Assembly (NCBI GenBank): GCA_963782055.1
Contig: CAWAIF010000003.1
Coordinates: 3,136,001-3,200,000, forward strand
DNA from: an uncultured delta proteobacterium
GTDB lineage: Bacteria; Myxococcota_A; Polyangia; Polyangiales; Polyangiaceae
Reading direction: 5' to 3'
Length of the DNA stretch: 64,000 nt
In this document: one piece after another, positions 10,532-18,592 of the stretch
Layout of the letters: every line of letters starts with the position of its first letter
How positions within the stretch are numbered: position 1 is the stretch's first letter
Notes under the pieces: generated by a model
Seen by the model: only the letters and a program-made list of their open reading frames with translations
Database searches by the model: none
What the model was told of the DNA's origin: nothing
Position numbers and translations under genes: made by a program

Positions 10532-11287
10532 TCAGGGCAGCTTCGCCGGGGTCGGAATGGCCGTCCCGCCGCGCACCGCCCGGGCGATCGCCTTGCTCAG
10601 CCCCTCATCCGCCCGCTGGCACGCGAGCGTCACGTCGCCGGAGATGGCGCCGTGGCACTCGTGGTTGCGCTTGTCGTGGGCCTTCTTGACGCCCGCGTCG
10701 TCCAGCAGCGCGTTCTGCGTGGCGTCGGAGAGGTATCGCCAGGCGATGGCCGACGACTTCGGCGCCGGCGGGCGGTGCATGGTGATCTCGTTCTCCGAGA
10801 GGGTGTAGCAGTTGCCGTCCCAGCGCATCACCTGGTAGCCGCCGCTGCCGCTCACCTGCATCCCGCCGGTGTTGGCGGTGCGCTTGCGGAGCACGAGCAC
10901 CTCCTCGTCGAAGAGGAGCTTGGCCCGCGCAGAGGCGCCGTCGGCGTTCCACCCGTCGACGTTGCCGCGCAGGTAGCCGCGGGTGAAGGGCTGCGACTTG
11001 GCGAAGAGGGCGAGCGCGGCGTCGGGGAAGGAGCCGTTGCACAGGCGCGCCACGAACGCCGCGTCCGGGACGCACACCTCGCCGCCGCCGGGCGCGCACG
11101 CGGTCGGCAGCTGCTTCTCCGGTGCGGCGGCGGCGCTCGCCGACGGCGCGGGACCGGCGGGGGAGGGGGCCGCGGAGGTCGTGGCCGTGGCGGAGGCGGT
11201 CGCCGGTGGGGGGCCGGAGCCGCCGCAAGCGACGAGCACGGTGGCGGCGGCGAGGGCGCTGGTGCGAAGGAGGCTCACCGTCCTCAC
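10532..11287 (-). CDS. Cys-containing hypothetical lipoprotein
   Basis: Signal peptide with lipobox LVAC; start overlaps the ACP stop. Confidence 0.75.
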   Translation of the reverse strand: MRTVSLLRTSALAAATVLVACGGSGPPPATASATATTSAAPSPAGPAPSASAAAAPEKQLPTACAPGGGEVCVPDAAFVARLCNGSFPDAALALFAKSQPFTRGYLRGNVDGWNADGASARAKLLFDEEVLVLRKRTANTGGMQVSGSGGYQVMRWDGNCYTLSENEITMHRPPAPKSSAIAWRYLSDATQNALLDDAGVKKAHDKRNHECHGAISGDVTLACQRADEGLSKAIARAVRGGTAIPTPAKLP

Positions 11288-11532
11288 CCCGCCGGTACGA
11301 GCTTGACCAGCGCCCGGGCCACGTCCTCGACCGTGGCGATGCCCGAGAGCAGGTCCTGGGGGATCTGCACCTCGAAGCGGTCCTCGATGTCGGCCACCAC
11401 CTCCATGACGCCCAGGCTGTCCAGGCCCAGGTCGTTCTGGATGTGATCGGTCGGGACGATCGCGCGCCCCACGTCGACGTGTTGGGTCAGGATGTCCGTC
11501 GTGGCCTGCAGGGCCTCTTCGTACGTCGGCAT
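11284..11532 (-). CDS. acyl carrier protein
   Basis: 82 aa acidic protein, DLGLDSLGVMEVVADIEDRF..IP....IATVED. Confidence 0.92.
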   Translation of the reverse strand: MPTYEEALQATTDILTQHVDVGRAIVPTDHIQNDLGLDSLGVMEVVADIEDRFEVQIPQDLLSGIATVEDVARALVKLVPAG

Positions 11533-11567
11533 GGGAGCCGGGGTTATACCGCCTTCGGCGTGGTCCG

Positions 11568-12182
11568 TCACCGGGCGGCGAGGGCGGCGGCGGCCCGCGC
11601 GGGCTCGGCGGCGTCGAGGATCGCGCGGATGACCGCGACGGCGTCGGCGCCGGCGTCGAGGCAGGCGCGCGCGGTCGTCTCGTCCACGCCGCCCAGGGCG
11701 ATCAGCACCATGTCGGGCGCGCGGCGGCGCGCCTCCCGCAGCGCGTCCGTCCCGCGCGCGGGGCCCTTGCCCGGCGAGGCGAAGATGGGGCTCACCAGGA
11801 CCGCGTCGGCGCCCGCGGCGCGCGCCGCGTCCACCTCGTCGTCGGTATGCGCGGGGACGCTGAGCCACGCTCCCGCCCCGAGCGTATCGCGTGCAGAATG
11901 CACGGAGTCGAGCGGTACGTGCGCCCCGGTCACGCCGAGCGCCCGCGCGAGGGCGACGCGCCGGTTGACGACCAGGCGCGCCCCGTGGCGCGCGGCGAGA
12001 TCGCGCAGGCGCGTGGCGAGCGGGCGCACCTCGTCGTCGGAGCGCGCGCGATCGCGGAGCTGGACGCACGCCCCGGGCACCGCGCGGCACACGGCCTCGG
12101 CCACCGCCACGATGCGCTCGTCGCTCGCGCGGGGGTCGGTCACGAAGACGAGGGCGGGGGCGTCACCCGCCGTCACGGGCAT
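11568..12182 (-). CDS. thiE: thiamine phosphate synthase (ThiE/TenI family)
   Basis: VQLRD, VVN, GAHV, SPIFASPGK, IALGGV, GADAVAVIRAI; in the same run as thiG. Confidence 0.8.
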   Translation of the reverse strand: MPVTAGDAPALVFVTDPRASDERIVAVAEAVCRAVPGACVQLRDRARSDDEVRPLATRLRDLAARHGARLVVNRRVALARALGVTGAHVPLDSVHSARDTLGAGAWLSVPAHTDDEVDAARAAGADAVLVSPIFASPGKGPARGTDALREARRRAPDMVLIALGGVDETTARACLDAGADAVAVIRAILDAAEPARAAAALAAR

Positions 12183-12438
12183 CGTCCCAGACGCCGCCGT
12201 CGAGCAGATCGCGCGCGGCCATCGCGTGGCGGCTCGCGGGGTAGCGCTCCAGCAGCACCTCCAGCGTACGCCGCGCGCCCTCGTGATCGCCGTGGGCGTC
12301 CAGGTCGTGCGCCACGCTCCACAGCGCGTCGTCCGCGGTGTCCTCGCGACGCAGCGAGGGGTCCGGGTCGTGCGTGCACTGCATGGGCGCGGCGGCGCCG
12401 AGACCCAGCGCGATGGCCGCGGCGATGGCAAGCCTCAC
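12163..12438 (-). CDS. small exported TPR-like protein
   Basis: GTG overlaps the thiG stop; hydrophobic N-terminus; [18 protein letters not shown] resembles YbgF/BamD-type TPR ends. Confidence 0.6.
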   Translation of the reverse strand: MRLAIAAAIALGLGAAAPMQCTHDPDPSLRREDTADDALWSVAHDLDAHGDHEGARRTLEVLLERYPASRHAMAARDLLDGGVWDDARDGG

Positions 12439-13247
12439 TCGATGAGGCCCTTCTGCGGGCTGGAGGCGTTGGCGTAGCGGCTCTTCGGCATGCGGCCGGC
12501 CCGGAAGGCGGCGCGGCCGGCGCGCACCGCGTCGCGCATCGCCTCCGCCATCAGGACCGGGTCCTTCGCGTGGGCGATGGCGGTGTTCATCAGCACGCCG
12601 TCGCACCCGAGCTCCAGCGCCACCGCCGCGTCGCTCGCGGTGCCGACGCCGGCGTCGACGATGACCGGCACCTTCGCCCGCTCGACGATGATCTCCAGGT
12701 TGTGGGGGTTGCGGATCCCCAGCCCGCTGCCGATGGGGGCGGCGAGCGGCATGACCGCCGCGCACCCCACGTCCTCCAGCTTGCGGCACACGATGGGGTC
12801 GTCGATGCAGTACGGCAGCACGGTGAAGCCCTCCTTCACCAGGACCTTCGCCGCCTCCAGCGTCTGCTCGTTGTCGGGGTAGAGGGTCTCCTTGTCCCCG
12901 ATGACCTCCAGCTTGACCATGCCGGCGATCCCGAGCTCCCGCGCGAGGCGCAGGGTGCGAACCGCCTCGTCGGCGGTGAAGCAGCCGGCGGTGTTGGGCA
13001 GCAGCGTCCACCGGAGCAGCTCCTCCGGCGGCTCCGGCGCGCCGACCATGGCGCGGCGGGTCAGCAGGGACATGAGCGAGCCCTCGCTCTTGTCCTTCAG
13101 GTCGACGCGGCGAAGGGCGACGGTGACGATCTCGGCGCGGGAGGCGTCGATGGCCTGCTCGGTCAGCTCCACGCTCGGGTATTTGCCCGTCCCCACGATG
13201 AGGCGGCTGCCGAAGCGCTTCCCGGCGATGACGAGCGGCTGGTCCAT
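12435..13247 (-). CDS. thiG: thiazole synthase
   Basis: [40 protein letters not shown]. Confidence 0.97.
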   Translation of the reverse strand: MDQPLVIAGKRFGSRLIVGTGKYPSVELTEQAIDASRAEIVTVALRRVDLKDKSEGSLMSLLTRRAMVGAPEPPEELLRWTLLPNTAGCFTADEAVRTLRLARELGIAGMVKLEVIGDKETLYPDNEQTLEAAKVLVKEGFTVLPYCIDDPIVCRKLEDVGCAAVMPLAAPIGSGLGIRNPHNLEIIVERAKVPVIVDAGVGTASDAAVALELGCDGVLMNTAIAHAKDPVLMAEAMRDAVRAGRAAFRAGRMPKSRYANASSPQKGLIE

Positions 13248-13321
13248 GTCTGACTGTCTAGCGAGCCGGCGGGACGCGGACAAGGGGCACCCCGGGGGGG
13301 ACCGGTCCCCGAAGGACGAGC

Positions 13322-13348
13322 GCCCGCCACGGAAGCTCCGTGGCGGGC
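13322..13348. terminator. perfect 12-bp GC hairpin (terminator or REP-like)
   Basis: GCCCGCCACGGA-AGC-TCCGTGGCGGGC, flanked by imperfect complementary arms GGGGGGACCGGT / ACCTGTCCCCCC; no U-tract. Confidence 0.45.
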
Positions 13349-13376
13349 ACCTGTCCCCCCCTGTTCTGGCGCAGGG

Positions 13377-13490
13377 TCAGTCGCGCTTGGTGGCCCAGAG
13401 CACCGCGTTGTACATGAGCTGCTTGCCCCAGGTCGTGGTGGCCGCGCGGTCGCAGTCGGATGTGATGACCGATCGCGCGAAGTTCGCGCG
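13377..13490 (-). pseudogene. probable 3' remnant of a lost gene
   Basis: Reads ...AATTTWGKQLMYNAVLWATKRD* with G/C at every third position over the last ~20 codons, but has no suitable upstream start. Confidence 0.4.
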
Positions 13491-13495
13491 CCCCG

Positions 13496-14728
13496 TCAGT
13501 CGTCTTCCATCGGGCCGAGGTCCTCGCCCGACAGCACGAAGAAGGCCTCACCGTAGCTCTTGAGCAGCTCCAGCGCGGTGTCCATGTCCTCTTGCGTGTG
13601 GCCGCGGGTCACGTTGACCCGGAGGCGCTCCTCGCCGATCTTCACGCCCGGGTAGGTGATGGGGACCATCAGCACGCCGCACTCCAGCAAGGCCACGTGC
13701 ATGAAGAGGGTCTTGCGCTCGTCGCGGCACATCACCGGCATGATGTGGGTGTTGCTCTCGCCCAGGTCGAAGCCGGCCTCGACGAGCTTGCCGCGCATGT
13801 AGTCCGCCTTCTGGTGCAGCTCGCGCACCAGCGCCGGGCCGTCGTCCTCCAGCATGTCCAGGATGGTGCTGGCGGCGGCCACGATGGGCACCGGGAGCGA
13901 CGCGGAGAAGACGAAGGACCGCGCGGTGTGCTGGATGAACTCCACCACGTCGCCCTGGCCGAGCAGGATGCCGCCGATCCCGCCGAAGGTCTTGGAGAAG
14001 GTGCTGATGACGACGGGCACGCGGCCGTGCAGGCCCTTCGCCTCCAGGATGCCCTTGCCGTGCTCGCCCAGGGTGCCGGTGCCGTGGGCGTCGTCCACCA
14101 CCAGGACGGCGTCGTACTTCTCGCAGATGTCGACGAACTCCTCCAGGTGCGCGGTGTCGCCGTCCAGGGAGTAGACGCCCTCCACCAGCACCAGCGCGTT
14201 CTTGCGCTCGCGCGTCTTGAGGATGCGCTCCAGGCTGCGGGCCGAGTTGTGGTTGAAGAAGCGCACCTCGCTCTGCCGGCCGGGGATGCCCGCGGCGAGG
14301 AAGGTGCCGTCCAGGATGCAAGCGTGGCTGAAGGCGTCGAGCACCAGGGTGGTGTCCTTGTCCGCCAGGCTCATGATGGTGCCGACCATCGCCTGGTAGC
14401 CCGTGGTGAAGACGAGGCACTTGTCGAAGCCGAACCACTTCGCCAGGCGGCGCTCCAGGTCGACGTGCTCGACCGTCGTGGCCTGGACGCGGGAGCTGGA
14501 GAGGCCGCAGGCGTACTTGTCGAGGGCCGCGTGGGCGGCCTCCTTCACGCGCGGGTGGTTCGTCAGGCCCAGGTAGTCGTTGGAAGAGAAGTTGATGATC
14601 TCGTTGCCGGCGATGCTGGTGTGCAGGCCGCCGCGCTCGAACTCGCGGAAGTACGGGTAGACCTGCTTGTCGCGCGCCTTGCGGATGCGCGCGAGCTCCG
14701 CGTGCGCCTTCTCGTCGATCCAGCTCAT
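13496..14728 (-). CDS. PLP-dependent alpha-oxoamine synthase, serine palmitoyltransferase-like
   Basis: VYPYFR, FSSNDYLGL, FTTGYQA, SHACILDG, DDAHGTG, STFSK (PLP Lys); YPYF N-terminal motif as in bacterial SPTs. Confidence 0.85.
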   Translation of the reverse strand: MSWIDEKAHAELARIRKARDKQVYPYFREFERGGLHTSIAGNEIINFSSNDYLGLTNHPRVKEAAHAALDKYACGLSSSRVQATTVEHVDLERRLAKWFGFDKCLVFTTGYQAMVGTIMSLADKDTTLVLDAFSHACILDGTFLAAGIPGRQSEVRFFNHNSARSLERILKTRERKNALVLVEGVYSLDGDTAHLEEFVDICEKYDAVLVVDDAHGTGTLGEHGKGILEAKGLHGRVPVVISTFSKTFGGIGGILLGQGDVVEFIQHTARSFVFSASLPVPIVAAASTILDMLEDDGPALVRELHQKADYMRGKLVEAGFDLGESNTHIMPVMCRDERKTLFMHVALLECGVLMVPITYPGVKIGEERLRVNVTRGHTQEDMDTALELLKSYGEAFFVLSGEDLGPMEDD

Positions 14729-14832
14729 GGAAACTCCTCGAACAGGGCGAGGTGTTTACCGCGAATCGCGGCGCGGCGCACCCGCCCTGAGGCGCGTAAC
14801 GGCCACGCCGATGCGTACGCCGCGACGCGCGT

Positions 14833-15963
14833 CTACTCCTCTCCCTTGCGCTTGCGCGGCTCCACGCCGATCGCCCGGCCGAGCTCGCGATGGACCCGAC
14901 CGACGCGCTCCACCTGGCCCTTGGCCGGGAAGCGCTCGTAGAAGCCCTCCGCGCGGAAGCTCCGCGCGTGCTCGCTCCACGGGGCGAGGCGCTTCTCCCA
15001 GCGCTTCTGCCGGCCGTCCACCGGCTCGGCGTCCACGTGGGCGAGGTCGACGCACACGCGGAGCATCGCCTTGATGGTGACGGGGCGGGTGACCATGTAG
15101 TTCGAGTTGCCCCACGCCGGGCCCCACACCTTCTCCGCGGCCTTGAGGAAGTCGCGCACGACGGCGTAGTAGCGCTCCGCCTCGCGCGGGGCGCTGGCCT
15201 TCTTGGCGATGGCCTTCCAGTCGGCGGAGGCCCACTTGTGCAGCTCGTTGAAGAGCTCCGCCTGGAGGATCCACTTCTCCTGCTTGCTGCGCCCGCCGAG
15301 GCGGTTGATCTTGTAGCGCAGCGGGCTGTCCGAGCCGCTGTAGAGCAGGTCCACGAGGCGCGCGGCGAACTTCTTGTCCGGCGCCGCCCACGAGACGCGC
15401 TCGTAGAGGTCCACCAGGTGGCTCTTGTTGATGCGCGTCGGGGTGGAGTTGATGATGACGAACATCTCGGTGGCGAAGTCCTCGCTCTTGCCGTCGAAGA
15501 TGATGCACGGCACGTGGATGGTCTTCGCGTCGTCCGGGCGGTGGCGCATGTAGAAGTTGAGCGCCGCCAGGCGGTGCTGCCCGTCGATGATGAGGTACTT
15601 GCTGCGCGGCTCCTCCAGGTGGCCGACGTTCTCGAACGGGCGCACCGGGTCGAAGCGCAGCTTGTCCGCGGTGAACAGGAGCACGGTGCCCGGGATGGGC
15701 GGCTGGCTCACCGCCGTCTCGTAGAAGTTCTGGATGGCGGCGACCTTCGCCTTGGAGAGCTGCCGCTGGAACGCCTTGTCGGTCTGCTCGATCTTGGCGA
15801 TGAAGTGCGCGACCTCGTCGCCGGCCTCCGCCTCCTCGGCGGCGATCTTCTCGCCGTCGCCGTAGTAGCGGCTGATGAAGCGCACCTTGTCGAGCAGGTC
15901 CTCGGCCGGGTACGCGGCAAAGTAAAAGACGCCGTCTTTCTGACGAACCTGGGTCGCGAGCAT
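14833..15963 (-). CDS. DGQHR domain-containing protein (DndB/ParB-like)
   Basis: FQRQL, IIDGQHRL, MFVIINS motifs. Confidence 0.9.
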   Translation of the reverse strand: MLATQVRQKDGVFYFAAYPAEDLLDKVRFISRYYGDGEKIAAEEAEAGDEVAHFIAKIEQTDKAFQRQLSKAKVAAIQNFYETAVSQPPIPGTVLLFTADKLRFDPVRPFENVGHLEEPRSKYLIIDGQHRLAALNFYMRHRPDDAKTIHVPCIIFDGKSEDFATEMFVIINSTPTRINKSHLVDLYERVSWAAPDKKFAARLVDLLYSGSDSPLRYKINRLGGRSKQEKWILQAELFNELHKWASADWKAIAKKASAPREAERYYAVVRDFLKAAEKVWGPAWGNSNYMVTRPVTIKAMLRVCVDLAHVDAEPVDGRQKRWEKRLAPWSEHARSFRAEGFYERFPAKGQVERVGRVHRELGRAIGVEPRKRKGEE

Positions 15964-16016
15964 GACCGGAGCTTATCCGAACTCGCGGCGGTCCAGAAAG
16001 GGAGGCGCGCCCGGGT

Positions 16017-17174
16017 TCAGACGGCGCGCAGCAGCGTCGCCGAGGCGTTGCCGTAGTAGCCCATCGTCGTCACCAGCACGCTGCGGAGGCGGCCGGGGGC
16101 GGCGCCCCGCACCATCGCCGCGGCGGGGATCCCCTGCATCCAGCCAAGGGCGGCGGCCATCGCCATCGCGCCGCCCGCGCCGAGGGACTCCCCCAGGAAC
16201 TGCTTGGGCGCGGCGACCGGGACGTCCTCGCCGAGGACCGCGGTGATCCCGGCGAGTTCCGCGGTGTCGAAGGCGCGCAGCCCGGAGACGCCGCTCGCGA
16301 CGAGGTCCACGTCTCCCGCGCTCGCGCCGGCCTCGTCGAGGCACGCGCGCGCCGCGCGGGTCATGGCGTCGGTCGACGCGTGGATCATCTGCTTGTCGCT
16401 CGCGGGCGCCTCGAAGGCGCTGCCGCACCCCGCCGCCCACGCGAGCACCTTCGCGCCGCGCGCGGCGGCGAGCTCCGCCGTCTCGAGCACGAGCATCGCC
16501 GCGCCCTCGCCCAGGTGCGTGCCCGCCTCCAGCACGCCGATGCGCTGGAAGGCCAGGTAGAGCGCCTCGCTCATCGCCTCCGCGCCGCCGACGACGAGCG
16601 CGTCGGCGCGCCCGTTGGTCATGTGGATGTCGGCGCAGGCCACGGCGTCGAGCGCGCCGCAGTTGCCGTCGGAGACGGCGACGTTGAGGGCGCGCAGGTC
16701 CTCCCAGATACTGGCGTACCCGCTCGCGCTGTTGGCCACCGTGTTCGGGAACTTGGCGGGGTTGATGTATCGCGCGTCCTCCAGCTCGGCCACGCGGTCG
16801 AGCTCGGTGATCGCCTCCAGGCTTCCGTAGGCGTTGGAGGCGATGCAGCCCACGCGCTCCGGCGTGGCCGGCGGGACGAAGACGCCGTCCTTCTTGAGGC
16901 CGGCGTCGTGCGTGGCCAGGCGCGTGGCCACCACCAGCAGCTTGGTCAGGCGGTCGAGCGTGCGCAGGCCCTTGTCGCCCAGGTACCTGGAGGCGTCGAA
17001 GCCGAGGACCTCCGCCACGCCGGTGCCGGTGTACTTGGCCGTGTCGAAGCTCTCCACCGCGGCGCGCGGCGCGTCGCGGAGCATCACCGGCGCGGCGAGG
17101 GCGCGGAAGAACGCCTCCCGGCCGATGCCGATGGGGGAGCAGACGCCGAGCCCGGTGACCGCGAGCGCTCTCAC
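16017..17174 (-). CDS. catalytically degenerate ketosynthase (chain length factor-like)
   Basis: VTGLGVCSPIG N-terminus and FPNTVAN; catalytic positions read DGNCG, VASGVSG, KQFLGES; GTGA-coupled to the upstream KS. Confidence 0.85.
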   Translation of the reverse strand: MRALAVTGLGVCSPIGIGREAFFRALAAPVMLRDAPRAAVESFDTAKYTGTGVAEVLGFDASRYLGDKGLRTLDRLTKLLVVATRLATHDAGLKKDGVFVPPATPERVGCIASNAYGSLEAITELDRVAELEDARYINPAKFPNTVANSASGYASIWEDLRALNVAVSDGNCGALDAVACADIHMTNGRADALVVGGAEAMSEALYLAFQRIGVLEAGTHLGEGAAMLVLETAELAAARGAKVLAWAAGCGSAFEAPASDKQMIHASTDAMTRAARACLDEAGASAGDVDLVASGVSGLRAFDTAELAGITAVLGEDVPVAAPKQFLGESLGAGGAMAMAAALGWMQGIPAAAMVRGAAPGRLRSVLVTTMGYYGNASATLLRAV

Positions 17175-18448
17175 GACGCGGCCCGCACGCCGCGGGCACG
17201 GCGGCGGACCTCCGCCGGGTGCGGCAGCACCCCCGGCTTCGCGAAGCACGCCACCGCGTTGTAGCCGCCGAAGGCGAGGGAGTTGTTGAGCACGATGTCC
17301 GCCTTGCCCTTGCGCGCGGCGTTGGCGACGATCGCCACGTCGCACTCCGGGTCGGGGGTCTCGTAGCCCATCGTCGGCGGGTAGACGCCCGTCTCCAGGG
17401 TCATCACGCAGGCGATGGCCTCCAGCGCGCTCGCGGCGCCCATGCAGTGGCCGAGGGTGCTCTTGACGCTGGAGATCGGCACGCGCCGGTCACCGAAGAC
17501 GTCCCGCATCACCTTCGCCTCGGCCTGATCGTTGGCGCGCGTGCCGGTGCCGTGCGCGTTGACGAAGTCCACGTGCTCCGGGCCGATGCCGGTGTACTCC
17601 AGCGCCGCGCGCATCGCCGCGGTGCTGCCCGTCGCGTCGGGGTGCGGGCGGGTGATGTGGTAGGCGTCGCACGTCATCCCGTAGCCGCCGACCTCCGCGT
17701 GAAGTTGCGCGCCGCGGCGCATCGCGTGCTCCTCCGACTCCAGCACCAGCAGGCCGGCGCCCTCGCCGAGGATCAGACCCCGGCGGTTGAGGTCGAAGGG
17801 CTGGCAGCGCTCCGGCGCCATCGCCGCGAGGCGGACGAAGCCGGAGAACTCCAGCTTCTGCAGCACCTCCACGGCGCCGGCGATCACCACGTCCGCCCGG
17901 CCGGCGCGGATGAGGTCGGCGGCGAAGCCGATGGCGTAGTTGCCCGCGGCGCACGCGCCGGGCAGCGCCATCACCGTCCCGCGGGCGTCCACCGCGCGCG
18001 CCACGTGGATGGGCAGCAGGGTGGAGCCGTACTTCGGGAGCATGGTGCGGCGCAGCGCGGAGGGGCCGCGGGTGATCCACGCGTGGTCCAGGTCGGCGAT
18101 GAGGCCGGCCTCGCCCATCGTCGTGCCGATGACGACGGAGGTGCGCGGGCCCGCGAGGTGCTCCGGGCGGATCCCCGCGTCCTTCACCGCCATGCGCATC
18201 GCGGCGAGCGACATCGCCGAGCAGCGGCCGGTCTGCTTCAGCTCCGCGGCGGTGAGGTGGTCCTTCGGGTCGAAGTTCTTCACCTCGCCGCCGTACAGGC
18301 GGCCGAGGGACGACGCGTCGAAGGACTCGATCGGCGAGATGCCGACCTTGCCCTCCTGCAGGCCGCGGAAGAACGCCTCGCGACCGAGCCCGATGGAGCT
18401 GACGGCGCCGACGCCGGTGATGAAGACCCGCTGCGGCTCGGCTGACAC
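17171..18448 (-). CDS. beta-ketoacyl-ACP synthase (FabF-like / type II PKS KS)
   Basis: RVFITGVG, GACAAG, NAHGTGT, KSTLGHCMGA, NNSLAFGG; intact Cys-His-His triad. Confidence 0.93.
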   Translation of the reverse strand: MSAEPQRVFITGVGAVSSIGLGREAFFRGLQEGKVGISPIESFDASSLGRLYGGEVKNFDPKDHLTAAELKQTGRCSAMSLAAMRMAVKDAGIRPEHLAGPRTSVVIGTTMGEAGLIADLDHAWITRGPSALRRTMLPKYGSTLLPIHVARAVDARGTVMALPGACAAGNYAIGFAADLIRAGRADVVIAGAVEVLQKLEFSGFVRLAAMAPERCQPFDLNRRGLILGEGAGLLVLESEEHAMRRGAQLHAEVGGYGMTCDAYHITRPHPDATGSTAAMRAALEYTGIGPEHVDFVNAHGTGTRANDQAEAKVMRDVFGDRRVPISSVKSTLGHCMGAASALEAIACVMTLETGVYPPTMGYETPDPECDVAIVANAARKGKADIVLNNSLAFGGYNAVACFAKPGVLPHPAEVRRRARGVRAAS

Positions 18449-18592
18449 ATCGAGCTTATACCCCTGCGCGATGGGGCCCCGCAACGAAACGGGTCCACAA
18501 AACAGGCGCGAATCTCGCTTCGCGCGCGTCCCGCCGTTCGCACGGTCCGCGCCTTGCGCGAGGCGCGCGGCCGAAGTAAGCACCCCGGCGCC

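Noticed and set aside
13248..13495. TPP riboswitch upstream of thiG
   Set aside because: No CUGAGA core or other TPP aptamer motifs on the minus strand.
14833..15963. DNA phosphorothioation (dnd) system
   Set aside because: Only a DGQHR protein; no dndA/C/D/E or ssp genes in the window.
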